From a virus (taxonomy: Duplodnaviria; Caudoviricetes): a DNA stretch of 33,462 nucleotides. A program made the translations under genes and the position numbers. Below the pieces are notes generated by a model that was given only the letters and a program-made list of their open reading frames with translations, made no database searches and had not been told where the DNA came from. The stretch is from IMG/VR virus record IMGVR_UViG_3300046115_000156, positions 1 to 33,462 of that record, one strand, 5' to 3'. How positions within the stretch are numbered: position 1 is the first letter of the stretch; each line of letters starts with the position of its first letter. Below, piece after piece: positions 1 through 9,878 of the stretch.

Positions 1-355
1 AGTTGAACGTGCGGCCGAAAACTTGCACACCATTGAGGCGCACCCGGAACCTGCCGCTGGTGATAGTGGTTGCTATCTGCAAGTTGTAGTTGGCAAATAC
101 CAGATACATCCCAGCCGCGGGAATCACATATGTGGCATTGGGGTTGGTGAAGACGGTGTCAACGCCAGCGGCGATGCCAGCCTGTGCAGCCACGTCAAAG
201 TTGGCGCTGTACCTGCCCACAGCCAAATCTGCATCGGCGTCCAGCTCCAAAAATTTGGCGTCGATAGCGTTGGCAAGGTTGGCGAAGTCGGCGAAGTCGA
301 CTGCCTCAGTCACGCAGGGGTATGGAAATCCGTAGATCGGTGTTGCGCCGGGCAT
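1..355 (-). CDS. Minor tail protein, N-terminal part (runs off window start)
   Basis: Not in ORF track. ATG at 355 directly follows the TAG of the upstream gene; reads MPGATPIYGFPYPCVTEAVDFADFANLANAIDAKF..., open to position 1. The T-x-x-Y-G-F-P-Y-P start is typical of actinophage tail fibre/minor tail proteins. Confidence 0.75.
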   Translation of the reverse strand, partial: MPGATPIYGFPYPCVTEAVDFADFANLANAIDAKFLELDADADLAVGRYSANFDVAAQAGIAAGVDTVFTNPNATYVIPAAGMYLVFANYNLQIATTITSGRFRVRLNGVQVFGRTFN

Positions 356-946
356 CTAAATCACCACCCTCGGGATTGCTGAGTCAGAAATTTTGGTGAT
401 CCAGAAAATCGCCCCGGCCGCGATGATGATATTGGAGGCGTTGTTGTGGGTGAAATAGAATTGGACCCGCTGCGTGCCGTCGAGAAACACGGTGGTGTTC
501 AACAACATGTCCATGCCCAGGCCGGAACTGGACTCGTACATGACGTTGGCCACGGTGGAGTCGTCGGGTATCACGCTGGGGTCGTTGAGGCCCCTGGTGA
601 CAATTTCGACTTGCCGGAACGAGTTGTCGGTGGTGGCACCGGAAGCTGTCGCGTTGAGCCACACCCCCGCCTCGTAGATGCCTGCCGGTAGAACGTTTTG
701 CACGGACAGGTCCGGCGAGTTCGAGAAGGTGACAGTGGTCGAGTCGGCGAATCTGGTACGTGTGGACGGCGCGATCGATGGGGCTGTGGAGCTGATGTTT
801 ACCATCGTGGGCCGGTTCGCGGCAGCGCGCAGTTGTGCCTCAAGTGGGTAGATGCAGTTTTCTGCGTCCAGCGCTGTCTTCTGCAGCTGCAAGGCGATCG
901 CCGCATAGTTGGCCGGTTCGGGGCAGGTGAAACAGTCCACGCTCAC
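356..946 (-). CDS. Minor tail protein (196 aa)
   Basis: Coupled to both neighbours; short helical N-terminus then beta-rich domain; position in tail-tip cluster. Confidence 0.65.
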   Translation of the reverse strand: MSVDCFTCPEPANYAAIALQLQKTALDAENCIYPLEAQLRAAANRPTMVNISSTAPSIAPSTRTRFADSTTVTFSNSPDLSVQNVLPAGIYEAGVWLNATASGATTDNSFRQVEIVTRGLNDPSVIPDDSTVANVMYESSSGLGMDMLLNTTVFLDGTQRVQFYFTHNNASNIIIAAGAIFWITKISDSAIPRVVI

Positions 947-1512
947 GGCGCCGACCTGTCCGCGTGCCAGAACACCGAAAGTGAGGCCTGCTGAATTTCA
1001 AGGTTGGTAACTGCGGCCGTGCTGTCAAGGATCACGTTGACGTCGAATGGGGTCAGGACGCTGGAGAATAGGGCCGTGGAGCTGAACGCGACGCTGGATG
1101 TGGCCAGGTCCAGCTCGTAGCTTTGGTCGGCTGAGGTGGGGAAAAGGCCGAAGTCGGTGATGAAGCGGCTGTTGGCCACGGATGTGGTTTGCATGAACGC
1201 GTTGAAGATGACAATGAATCTGCCGGCTCGCTTCACGGTGATCGTGGAGTTGCTGACATCAAAGTCGACATATTCAGCGTTATCGAACACTACTGTGTCG
1301 AAGGGGACGATGCTGCCCCTGAGGATGGTGGTGGTGGTGACCAGGCTCAGCTTCGCCACCGGCTGCACCGGCCACACCCGATCGGCGATCGCCTGGAACC
1401 TGCCCATGACGACACCGGTAGCGTCGGTGAACGTGCACCAGTCCTGCGCGAAGTCACATGGTTCATCAAGTGCACCCGGATAGGGCAGGGCGAAGTTGAC
1501 GGTGGTCGGCAT
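943..1512 (-). CDS. Minor tail protein
   Basis: MPTTVNFALPYP start similar to the gene at 1-355; GGAGG upstream favours ATG 1512 over GTG 1521; beta-rich C-terminal domain. Confidence 0.65.
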   Translation of the reverse strand: MPTTVNFALPYPGALDEPCDFAQDWCTFTDATGVVMGRFQAIADRVWPVQPVAKLSLVTTTTILRGSIVPFDTVVFDNAEYVDFDVSNSTITVKRAGRFIVIFNAFMQTTSVANSRFITDFGLFPTSADQSYELDLATSSVAFSSTALFSSVLTPFDVNVILDSTAAVTNLEIQQASLSVFWHADRSAP

Positions 1513-1517
1513 CAGCT

Positions 1518-2660
1518 TCACACCTCCAACGGGTTGGACACAAGCGACCTAGTTGACACGAACATATCACCATCCACACTTAGAGGCATGCTCAAACCGG
1601 ACACCACCTGCACCATTTCACGGCCGTTGATGTCCAAAGCCACCACATCACCCAGTTCCAGCGACGCATCGGGTACACAGCGCATCTGGAACGCTTCGAT
1701 GGGGGCAATCGCCACCGACAGCCGCTGCTGCGCAGCCTCCGTCGCACCGCCCGGCGTGGAAGGTGTCTGCAGCCGGTCCAGGAAGCTTCTGACACCGAAA
1801 CCACCACCGACATAGGTGGGACTACCCGCATCGGTGTCTGAGGCCGTGGCGAACACAGGGACCTGGCCGGTCAATCGTTCGCCTGTCACCGTCACCACGT
1901 TGTAGATCGCGTTGCGGTCACGCAGAGCCTCCCAATAGTTGATCGTCCCACCAGGGGCGTCGGTCAACGTCAACACCGGTGGGACGGTCCCCACCCACGG
2001 ATACCGGCGCATCACAAAATCGCCGTTGCTCAGCGTGTACCAGACAGCGGCAACCGCACGGGTCATCTCGTCCAACGCGGCACCGCGGTCAAATTCCCAC
2101 GACAACGGCTGGACCCTGGTCAAAAACGTGTCACTGGCACCGAACGTCGCATCGGAAACCGCGTCGGCGACCAGTCGCTGAAACTCCTCAAACACGGTGT
2201 GTGTCGGCTGCGAATTTTGCGGCGACACAAAAGCGTGGTCCACCACATCGGCGGCACGGTCAGTGCACACCAACGACACGTTGCCCGTCGAATACTGGCG
2301 AACCTGACGGATACGGCCACGAAACACCGGCCACGAATACACATCCGAACCGTCGCCTAGGCGTATCCCGCGGAACGCGCGGATCTCATTGCCGAACGGT
2401 GCCAGCAAATCCGAAGGCGACGTCGGGTACATGTCGAACGGCACAGAAAATTGCAACTCACGTGTCACCCGCGAATTCAAGGTGGCACTGACGGTGCCAT
2501 TGTAGAAACACAGACCGCCTTCGGGTTCCCCGTTGCGCTGCGCCGGGATGAGCGCCTCCAGCGGCAACCCAAGTCCTGACCACACTTCCAGACGCACAAA
2601 GTGTTGCATGCCTGTGGCCAGGACATCGCGGTACAGGGTGTCTGTTCCCCCGGCCAGCAT
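1518..2660 (-). CDS. Tail tip/hub-type minor tail protein (DUF5047-like), 380 aa
   Basis: Second gene after tape measure; motifs LAPFGNEIRAFRGI, YNVVTVTGE, PDASLELGDVV resemble actinophage hub proteins. Confidence 0.7.
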   Translation of the reverse strand: MLAGGTDTLYRDVLATGMQHFVRLEVWSGLGLPLEALIPAQRNGEPEGGLCFYNGTVSATLNSRVTRELQFSVPFDMYPTSPSDLLAPFGNEIRAFRGIRLGDGSDVYSWPVFRGRIRQVRQYSTGNVSLVCTDRAADVVDHAFVSPQNSQPTHTVFEEFQRLVADAVSDATFGASDTFLTRVQPLSWEFDRGAALDEMTRAVAAVWYTLSNGDFVMRRYPWVGTVPPVLTLTDAPGGTINYWEALRDRNAIYNVVTVTGERLTGQVPVFATASDTDAGSPTYVGGGFGVRSFLDRLQTPSTPGGATEAAQQRLSVAIAPIEAFQMRCVPDASLELGDVVALDINGREMVQVVSGLSMPLSVDGDMFVSTRSLVSNPLEV

Positions 2661-4096
2661 TACAGACCGTTCCTAAGTTCGTCCCAGTCGCGGGTGCCAC
2701 CGGCTTCGACAGCTGTCCAGTTCGCGAACTCGGTCAACACTTCATCCCAGATACGCAGATCGTCGAACGGCGGGCTGAACGGGCCGTCGTCTGACGCCAG
2801 GCCGAGTAGCAGATCGTAGTAGGTCAAACCTGCCAAAATCATTGCCTGCCAGGAGGTGTAGATGTCGCACAGGTCTTCGATGCGGGCACCGCAGATGCCG
2901 TTGGCCGGCCCTTCAGGCCGTTGCACCACCGCGTAGGGCATCAGCATCAGCCTGAAATCGTCGCGCTGGTCCACGCTGAACCGTGCTTCAGCGACAGGGC
3001 CGACGCTGATGTAACGGTCAGGGATGCAGTAGTCGACGGGTGCCTGGAAAAGCAGCGGTGTGCCGGGATTGTTGACCAGCAGTACAGCGTCGCGGGCATC
3101 ACAGTCGTGGGCCAGGACACGCAGTTCGGAACGTGGGGCACGACGGGTGCGTGACACCGGTATCGGATGCACCCTGTTGGTCGGTTCGGACAGCACCGTG
3201 TTGGCGTTCAAAATGTCCTCAGCCATACCGACGTAGGTGACGCGGCTGTCCTCCTCGCAGTCGAAGTCCATGGCCGGATTGCACAGGCCCAGCGACACGT
3301 CGCTGCATGGGTACAGTGGGCTTTTCAGCCAAATCGCCTCAGAGGCGACGGTGACTGTCTCACATGCGGTGACGCCAACGTCTTGTTTCTGGTAGACGCC
3401 CACCTGGTCAAGGTAGAAAATGGTGGTGGCGGGGACGATACCGTAGATGATGAATGTCATGCTGCCGATGACACCCGGTTTGGTGGGGGTGAATTCGGTT
3501 TGCAGGAATCTCCATTCGCCGTCGTCGAGGATTTCCGTTTCGGTGGAAAAGGAGGTTTGCTCCCCGTCGTCGTAGATGATGCCGGCCAGCAGCTCCACAG
3601 AGTTCCATCCCTGCGGCGACATCGCCCAGCCCTGCATGATCAGCGGCTGCCCGACAGTGAACGGGCCGGTATCGGTTCCGTTGAAAATCTGCCCGTTGGT
3701 GAGGCCACCGGTGGGGGTCAGCTCCGCAGACCATGTTCCCTGATGGGCGAATGTGTTTGAACGCACCGCGACCCCGTTGGACCCTGCCCACGGCGCCAAA
3801 GCTGTTTCGAAGTCGTCGTTTTGGGTGAGCAAAGTATCAACCGGCGCCGCGAAGGTGCAATACTCCAGTGGCACGTTCAACGGCGGCTCGGTGTCCCACC
3901 ATAGGCCCAAACCGCATGACAGCAGCAGGTTTCCGTTGCTGTCATAGGCGGTGTAGGGGCGTAGGGTGACGACCTCCCCGGTGACAGTGTTGCGTCGCGT
4001 CACTCCCGCGTAGAGCACCTGGGGGTAGTCGGTCCAGTCGACTTCCACCAGCACGTAGGCTTCGTTGAGGAACACTGTGGTGTTGATGGTGGGCAT
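2660..4096 (-). CDS. Distal tail-like minor tail protein with inserted carbohydrate-binding-like domain, 478 aa
   Basis: Immediately after tape measure; internal NDDFETALAPW...AHQGTWSAELTP...GEWRFLQTEFTP segment resembles a CBM4/9-type beta sandwich. Confidence 0.7.
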   Translation of the reverse strand: MPTINTTVFLNEAYVLVEVDWTDYPQVLYAGVTRRNTVTGEVVTLRPYTAYDSNGNLLLSCGLGLWWDTEPPLNVPLEYCTFAAPVDTLLTQNDDFETALAPWAGSNGVAVRSNTFAHQGTWSAELTPTGGLTNGQIFNGTDTGPFTVGQPLIMQGWAMSPQGWNSVELLAGIIYDDGEQTSFSTETEILDDGEWRFLQTEFTPTKPGVIGSMTFIIYGIVPATTIFYLDQVGVYQKQDVGVTACETVTVASEAIWLKSPLYPCSDVSLGLCNPAMDFDCEEDSRVTYVGMAEDILNANTVLSEPTNRVHPIPVSRTRRAPRSELRVLAHDCDARDAVLLVNNPGTPLLFQAPVDYCIPDRYISVGPVAEARFSVDQRDDFRLMLMPYAVVQRPEGPANGICGARIEDLCDIYTSWQAMILAGLTYYDLLLGLASDDGPFSPPFDDLRIWDEVLTEFANWTAVEAGGTRDWDELRNGL

Positions 4097-5910
4097 TACA
4101 GTCCCCTCGCCCCGAATGCCAGACTGTTGCCCAGCGCAGTGTTGTTGCTTTCTACGATCCGGATCACGTGCGGGTCGAGCTGCTCGTTGCCGATGAACAC
4201 CTGAACCATCGAGTTGGCCGGTTGCAACATTCTGTCCAGACCGGACATCTGCATCAGCTGCGCGGCGCGCGCCGGTTTCGTCAACGGAATGATGACCTCC
4301 GAACCGCCGTCACCCACTGTCGCCTCCACGGGAGCGTGGACGATAGCGCCGTCGCCGAACTCCAGGTGGCCACCTGGCCCCGGGCCACCGCCGACACCGC
4401 CGGCTCCGCTGTTGAGTCTCTGCGCGGCCTTGAGGGCACGTTCAAGGGCCGCTGCGGTCAGGTTGGCGCCGCTGGCGATCTGGTTGAGCCACCCCGTGTC
4501 GGGTTGCGGCAGGTTGACCAGTTTGATGGCTTCGTCGTACACGCCGCGGATGGCTTCTTCGGAGATGCCGTGGGCTTTGGCGATGCGCAGGATCTCATCA
4601 ACCTCCTGCCGGTACAAAGCATTTGCTTCCTCTGCGCTCAGCTTCCCTTCGGCGTAACGTTTCTCCGAGTCGGCCTGCGCAGCTTTGATCGCATCGCCCA
4701 ACGCTCGAATGTTTTCGCGGCCCTTCTCCGTCTCTGCGGTGAATGTTCTGCCGTTCTCCTTCAGTGTGTCCGATAGATCGTCGATGCTTTCTTCATAGTC
4801 CAATGTGGCATCGATCAGCCCGAATGCGGAGTCGCGGGCTTTGTCCATTGCGGCAGCGGCCTCTTTGAGCGACTTCGTCTCCCGATCGGTGGCACTGACC
4901 GTGCCGAGAATTTTCTCCGTCAAGCCCTCTGTGGCGTTGCCGTACTCGTCCACTCCGGTGGCGGCTTCATCTGAGGCCTGGAAGAAAAATGCCAGCGGGC
5001 CAACTAGATACGGCACTGCTAGGGAAATGTCACGGACGACACCGTAGACCTCGGTGAGGATCTGTACCAGACGCGCGAAGCCGCCGATCAGCTGCCCCGC
5101 GGCGAAGAACAGGTCGCGTAGGCCTTCGACGCCTTCTTCTCCTGTACTGGCAAGGATTTCCAGTGAGTCGCCAATGGCTATGCCGATGATGGCGAATCCG
5201 TTGGCTAGTTCTTTGACGAATGGTTTCATGTCATCGCCGATGTTGTCGAAACTTTCGGTGATGAAATCAAACGCGTCGGCGAGGCCTTCGATCAGCGGAC
5301 CCACGAATGTGGACGCTGTGGCGAATATCCGATCCAGCCGGGGTCGAAGGCCTTCGATGCGGTTCTCTAGGAACTGAAACGAGGACCGCAGCACGTTGAC
5401 GAATGGCTGCGCAGCGCCCACCAGTTCCTCGCGCAGCTTGTCGGTCAGCTTCAGCCCGGCCTCTTCCACCTGCGTGTACTGGAAGGCCAGTAGCGTACCC
5501 AAGCCTGCCAGGCCGGCACCCAGGGCGGCTGTGGTGGCACCTGCGATGGCGGCAGACAGGAACGGCAACGCGGCGACGATGCCCGTGACAATGCCAGCCT
5601 TGACTTCGACGGGCAGTGCAGACAGCCCGTCGTCCAATGCGCTACCAAGTGCGGCGGCGATCTGGACCCACGGCGGCTTGCCCTTGTCGCCGAGCTGGCG
5701 CTTCATGCCGCGGCCGACACCGTCGCCCAGCTCCTCGCCGAGTCGCTCCCCGTCCCTACCCCCCGCACCACCTGAGATGCCGTTGGATATCGAGGCTTGA
5801 AGGGTCTTCTCCATCCGCTCAGCGGCGGCTTTGACTTCTTTGTCAAGGTCTCGGATGAACGGCTTAAGGTCCGAGCGGACCTCAATAAACGCCTCTCCGA
5901 GAACTGTCAT
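4096..5910 (-). CDS. Tape measure protein, 604 aa
   Basis: N-terminus LGEAFIEVRSD, Ala/Gly-rich helical body with hydrophobic stretches, C-terminal FGDGAIV...VGDGGSEVIIPL motif; follows chaperone pair. Confidence 0.9.
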   Translation of the reverse strand: MTVLGEAFIEVRSDLKPFIRDLDKEVKAAAERMEKTLQASISNGISGGAGGRDGERLGEELGDGVGRGMKRQLGDKGKPPWVQIAAALGSALDDGLSALPVEVKAGIVTGIVAALPFLSAAIAGATTAALGAGLAGLGTLLAFQYTQVEEAGLKLTDKLREELVGAAQPFVNVLRSSFQFLENRIEGLRPRLDRIFATASTFVGPLIEGLADAFDFITESFDNIGDDMKPFVKELANGFAIIGIAIGDSLEILASTGEEGVEGLRDLFFAAGQLIGGFARLVQILTEVYGVVRDISLAVPYLVGPLAFFFQASDEAATGVDEYGNATEGLTEKILGTVSATDRETKSLKEAAAAMDKARDSAFGLIDATLDYEESIDDLSDTLKENGRTFTAETEKGRENIRALGDAIKAAQADSEKRYAEGKLSAEEANALYRQEVDEILRIAKAHGISEEAIRGVYDEAIKLVNLPQPDTGWLNQIASGANLTAAALERALKAAQRLNSGAGGVGGGPGPGGHLEFGDGAIVHAPVEATVGDGGSEVIIPLTKPARAAQLMQMSGLDRMLQPANSMVQVFIGNEQLDPHVIRIVESNNTALGNSLAFGARGL

Positions 5911-5950
5911 GACAACATAGTAGAGGAGATCGACTGAGTTTAGTCAGTGG

Positions 5951-6484
5951 TCAGTCAGCGGCGAAGCTCTCCGCCATTTTCACCTTGGCCGCCTTCGACT
6001 GGCGTACCGCTGTTCCCGCGGGTGGCATGGACAGTTCCAGGTCCAGTTTGATGCGGTCCTTTTCGTCGCACCCGGACCAGATCAGCATGTAGCACGCGTC
6101 AAGCCAGTCGGGCAGCGGCAACCTGGATGCGGACACTCCGGCTAGCAGCAGCTTCCCGTTGACGTATGGCCATCCGCCGAGAGCCTTGCGGATGAGGTTG
6201 ACGCTCCACCACCAATCCCTCCCGCTGCCGCGACCAACACCGACACGAGCTGCGTTGCGCCAGCGACGGTCAATGTCAGGGTCGGACATTGCCAGGTGAT
6301 ACATGGCGTCAACGTCACTGTCACCGATAGATCCTGGAAAGACTCCTGCAAGACTGTCCAGGTCGTAACCCACTGCCCCCACCCATTGATCTGCAGTGTC
6401 CAAATGCAGTGCCCATTTTCGCTGGTGACACGTGACTGATACTCGTGCAGGCCGCACTTGGGCGAGGACATCAGCGTGTCGCAC
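5951..6484 (-). CDS. Putative tail assembly chaperone (second of pair)
   Basis: Directly upstream of tape measure; frame open from 6568, likely GTG start 6484 overlapping the previous stop. Confidence 0.6.
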   Translation of the reverse strand: MRHADVLAQVRPARVSVTCHQRKWALHLDTADQWVGAVGYDLDSLAGVFPGSIGDSDVDAMYHLAMSDPDIDRRWRNAARVGVGRGSGRDWWWSVNLIRKALGGWPYVNGKLLLAGVSASRLPLPDWLDACYMLIWSGCDEKDRIKLDLELSMPPAGTAVRQSKAAKVKMAESFAAD

Positions 6485-6908
6485 GTCGCGCCGGCGCCGT
6501 TTTCTTCGCGGCTTTTTTGGCTGCTGGCGCCTTGCGTCCCGACCGTTTCGCTGGTGCGGGGTCGGCATCGTCGTCTGGGGTGTCGGCTGCTTTGTGACCG
6601 TTGGACAGCAGCGGCAGCAGGTCTTGCTCTTCGAGACGCCCGGCGATGATTTCCAGCTGCACCCATTCCAAATCTTGCGGGTCGGTGAATTGGGATTCGA
6701 TGGTGGTCCAGGTGGCTTCGTTCATTTTGCCGGCCAGCTTGATCAGAGAGTCGAGGTCCTCTTCTTTTTGCGCTGTCGCGGACTTGAGTTGCAGGGACTC
6801 AATATAGCGTTTCAGCATGATGATTTGAGACTTCGAGATCTTCCTGAAGACACAGACGCGACCTTTGACCGTGTACTCGAATGCGTCTGCGTTACCTTCG
6901 TCTGCCAT
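6471..6908 (-). CDS. Putative tail assembly chaperone (first of pair)
   Basis: ATG 6908 (MADEGNAD); acidic helical protein with Lys/Ala-rich tail; position before tape measure. Confidence 0.6.
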   Translation of the reverse strand: MADEGNADAFEYTVKGRVCVFRKISKSQIIMLKRYIESLQLKSATAQKEEDLDSLIKLAGKMNEATWTTIESQFTDPQDLEWVQLEIIAGRLEEQDLLPLLSNGHKAADTPDDDADPAPAKRSGRKAPAAKKAAKKTAPARRATR

Positions 6909-6918
6909 GTCGCCTATG

Positions 6919-7449
6919 TTACGGCAGCCGTGTCCGGTTGACACGTGCCGACATGGTTCGATATCCGCGTAGACGCCCGTAAAGGTGCATCGGTGTCGTC
7001 AGATAGCGCACCGGCCGCTTGTTGCCGGGATGACGAACCCTGACGAAGAAGAAAAAGTTCCCGGCAGGACCAGCCCGGCCACGGACTCTGCCGCGGCGGC
7101 CACGGGCACGCACCACGATGTTGCCACGTTCCCATTCGAACTTGAGCATCTTGCCGCCGTGCAGCGGAATGTCATGCGACTTTGAACCCTGATGCTCCGA
7201 TGCCGCGTACTGCTTGTCCGAACCGATCAGATCAGACAGTGTGGTGGCGCTGCTGTTGGGCCTGGTGTGCAGGGATCCGTACAGCGACTGCCCCGGCTTA
7301 CGCGCGCCGGAACCTGACCGGTGGTCCCCGCGTGGCACCAGCCGCTTGGCGCCGGACATGATCAGGTCCACGGTGCGGCGATGGTGGGGACGGGCGAGCC
7401 TATGAGCTGTGGCCACCTTCTTGCCCTGGTCGATGTTCACCCTGGCCAT
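6919..7449 (-). CDS. HK97 gp10-like tail completion/neck protein, 176 aa
   Basis: Very basic; AKRLVP...YAASEHQGSKSHDI...VRHPGNKRPVRYL pattern typical of this family. Confidence 0.7.
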   Translation of the reverse strand: MARVNIDQGKKVATAHRLARPHHRRTVDLIMSGAKRLVPRGDHRSGSGARKPGQSLYGSLHTRPNSSATTLSDLIGSDKQYAASEHQGSKSHDIPLHGGKMLKFEWERGNIVVRARGRRGRVRGRAGPAGNFFFFVRVRHPGNKRPVRYLTTPMHLYGRLRGYRTMSARVNRTRLP

Positions 7450-7696
7450 CTACATCTTCTTCCGTTTCCGATTCTCCCGCACCGCCGGAATCCAGATGAT
7501 CAACAGCGTCGTGGCCAGGCCCAGCAGGATCGTCGGGACCATCCAGTTCTCTGGTATCACCGTGCCCCCTCCAGGTGATCTTCAGGTAGCCACCTTTGAT
7601 CAAGCCTGCCACCGCAGGGTCGTGGATGTCCACCTGCAAACGGTCACCACATTTCAGCGTCCCAAACGACATGTTGGCCCGGACCTCTTCGGTCAC
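7400..7696 (-). CDS. Hypothetical protein with acidic tail
   Basis: GTGA overlap with upstream stop at 7693-7696; 3' end overlaps the next gene by 50 nt. Confidence 0.5.
   Translation of the reverse strand: MTEEVRANMSFGTLKCGDRLQVDIHDPAVAGLIKGGYLKITWRGHGDTRELDGPDDPAGPGHDAVDHLDSGGAGESETEEDVDGQGEHRPGQEGGHSS
7450..7560 (-). CDS. Small single-TM membrane protein (36 aa), nested in another ORF
   Basis: GGAGG RBS, GTG, MIPENWMVPTILLGLATTLLIIWIPAVRENRKRKKM, TAG immediately followed by the ATG of the next gene. Confidence 0.5.
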   Translation of the reverse strand: MIPENWMVPTILLGLATTLLIIWIPAVRENRKRKKM

Positions 7697-7926
7697 TCCA
7701 CACGCTCCGGCCAATGCCAGGTGCCGCCACGCTTGAGCTGTTCATCCTGGGACACCATGCCCCCAAAGAACATGCCCTCGGGGTTGAGCACCGCGAGGGA
7801 AACGCTGCCCATTCCAGGCCCATCGTACACAGCGGTGACGACCGCAGCTCGGCACTCAGACCCATACTCTCCACCCGGTGTCCCATAGGACACGTAGTGC
7901 ACGATCCTGCCCACGCTCGGCTTCAT
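7693..7926 (-). CDS. Conserved hypothetical phage protein (PSVGRIVHY type)
   Basis: MKPSVGRIVHYV...RAAVVTAV...GTWHWPERV is a recognisable small phage protein pattern. Confidence 0.75.
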   Translation of the reverse strand: MKPSVGRIVHYVSYGTPGGEYGSECRAAVVTAVYDGPGMGSVSLAVLNPEGMFFGGMVSQDEQLKRGGTWHWPERVE

Positions 7927-7936
7927 GCTGACCACG

Positions 7937-8464
7937 TTAACAGCAACGGCGAACTTCTACGGTCAACAGCAGCATCCGCTCGATACAGTCCGCGGTCTGC
8001 TCCACAGTAGACGTCTGCACCGCCCACCGGCGCCCCTTCATCCGCTTAAACTCCGTCGACTCGGTGAAACAGCACACCGCCTTGAACAAGGCATCAATGT
8101 CATTGGCGTCGCGAGTGGCCACTGCAGTCCAGTCCGCACAGTCAGGACCCTCCGGTGCCCCCATCCCGGGGACACAACGCACCACCCCAGCGGTGAACTC
8201 CACAGCTCGCGACAGCGACAGACACTTGTCGTTGCGCAGATCCGGGGCAGGAAAATCGGTGCTCGGATACACGGTGCCGATGCGCACATAGTTGAACCCG
8301 GGGCAGCACATCTTGTCCAAACTTGCCTGGGCATCAACATCATGGATGGTCAGGTTCCCGGCACGCAGACAGGCACTGGCCGGCGGGCTGGGATTCAGGG
8401 CAAGCTCTGTGGTCAGACAGTCCAGGAACGCCTGAGCCATCGGAAGGATCGTCGTGTCAGCCAT
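7937..8464 (-). CDS. Putative tail terminator/head-tail connector, 175 aa
   Basis: Size and position after the adaptor; Cys-rich. Confidence 0.55.
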   Translation of the reverse strand: MADTTILPMAQAFLDCLTTELALNPSPPASACLRAGNLTIHDVDAQASLDKMCCPGFNYVRIGTVYPSTDFPAPDLRNDKCLSLSRAVEFTAGVVRCVPGMGAPEGPDCADWTAVATRDANDIDALFKAVCCFTESTEFKRMKGRRWAVQTSTVEQTADCIERMLLLTVEVRRCC

Positions 8465-8465
8465 G

Positions 8466-9257
8466 TCACGGCCACGTCGTCATGCGGGGCACGTTGAGTT
8501 CCGGCGCGTAGATGCGCAGCCGCTGCGGCAGCCGGTTCGGATTCAAAGCGGTGATCAACGCATCAACCTCCCACAGGCCAGTCAAACCCGACTCCAGCAG
8601 CGCCTGCGGATCCACCATGTCAATGGTGATGCCCTGCCGGATGATTGATGTGACACGGTTGCTCAGCCGGCACGTGTCCGAACCCGTGCACGCCTTAGCC
8701 CATTCACATGCCAACGTGGAAGCAGCCGTCAGCAGCGCAGTAGGAACCGGCGTGCCGCGCAAATAGGTGACTTCGAAAACGTTGACACCGTCGTCGGTGT
8801 CCAAGTCCGCGCACCGCGGCCAGCATTCACCGGCAGTCCGGACCAGCCAATGGTTGTCGTCGACACGGTAAGTTGCCGGGTTGACGATGACACCGCCGAT
8901 GGTGACCTCGGAAACTTCCTCCACCGGACCCATCAGCCGCACCTGGCAGCGGGGATCGCAGCAACACCCGGCTCCGCAGCCGCAGTTGAACCATTGCCCG
9001 TTGAAAATGTAGGGAACCCACGTGCCACCGGACCAGTCGTAGCCCCAAAATTCTCCGCCACCGTCCGGGCATCGTTTCATGCCGCAGGGGCGCACAGTGA
9101 TCTCGCACAGGCCGAATTGGCGCCCTGTGGCAGCCCACAGGATCAGTGCCGCATAGTCACGTGCAGCAGCCTGGATGGCTGGGGCGACCAGTGCCCATTC
9201 CTCCGCGCAGCACAGCGGGTCGGGGACAGTCCAACCGCATGGACCAACAGCCACCAC
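8466..9257 (-). CDS. Head-to-tail adaptor, 263 aa
   Basis: ILWAATGRQFG...TVRPC, LACEWAKAC, RVTSIIRQGITI, TGLWEVDALI..LNP motifs as in actinophage adaptors. Confidence 0.75.
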   Translation of the reverse strand: MVAVGPCGWTVPDPLCCAEEWALVAPAIQAAARDYAALILWAATGRQFGLCEITVRPCGMKRCPDGGGEFWGYDWSGGTWVPYIFNGQWFNCGCGAGCCCDPRCQVRLMGPVEEVSEVTIGGVIVNPATYRVDDNHWLVRTAGECWPRCADLDTDDGVNVFEVTYLRGTPVPTALLTAASTLACEWAKACTGSDTCRLSNRVTSIIRQGITIDMVDPQALLESGLTGLWEVDALITALNPNRLPQRLRIYAPELNVPRMTTWP

Positions 9258-9269
9258 TGCCCCCTTCCG

Positions 9270-9821
9270 TTACGCTATGGCGTGTACCGCAACCGACGCC
9301 CCGGCAATGGTCGCCAGCCCCACGTTCTCGACTGCTACCGTCACCGTGTCCTCGTCTACTACGGTAACAGAGTTGATCTGCAGATCGGTCAACGAGATGC
9401 CGGCGAACTTGTGCGCATACGCGGTGTAGGTGTCGTCGGCCATAGCCGGCTGCAATGTCACATTGACATTCGCCGTAGCCGATAGCAGCAGTGTGGGCAC
9501 CGGCGCCACACCTATCGCCTGGACCTGCGGCACCGCCAGCGCCTCCACGTCGGGGCACAAGGCGTTACAGGTGTATTGAAGCTCGAATTCGCTGTTCGAA
9601 TTTTTGAGTATCACCATGTTCTGCGCGTACAGAATCCAGTCGCCGGTGTTGATGGTGTAGCTGGTGGCATCCGGCGGGGACTGGAAGGACCAGACGCCAC
9701 CGACCTCTGTGTCGTTGTTGAAGTCGAAACCTGGGTCCAGTGCGGTGATGTCCCCCGAATTAGTGCCGTCGTACTGCACCGCAACCAAGGTGCTCACCAC
9801 GTTGATAGGATTGGCAGCCAT
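9270..9821 (-). CDS. Putative virion structural protein, 183 aa
   Basis: GGAGGGG RBS; beta-rich; inside structural operon. Confidence 0.6.
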   Translation of the reverse strand: MAANPINVVSTLVAVQYDGTNSGDITALDPGFDFNNDTEVGGVWSFQSPPDATSYTINTGDWILYAQNMVILKNSNSEFELQYTCNALCPDVEALAVPQVQAIGVAPVPTLLLSATANVNVTLQPAMADDTYTAYAHKFAGISLTDLQINSVTVVDEDTVTVAVENVGLATIAGASVAVHAIA

Positions 9822-9842
9822 AGTCCCCTCCCGGGGGGATTG

Positions 9843-9875
9843 GGGCGCTCAGGCAGGGCAAGTGCCTGGGCGCCC
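9843..9875. terminator. Intergenic 13-bp hairpin (terminator or mRNA stabiliser)
   Basis: GGGCGCTCAGGCA-7 nt-TGCCTGGGCGCCC right after the stop at 9879. Confidence 0.55.
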
Positions 9876-9878
9876 GTT

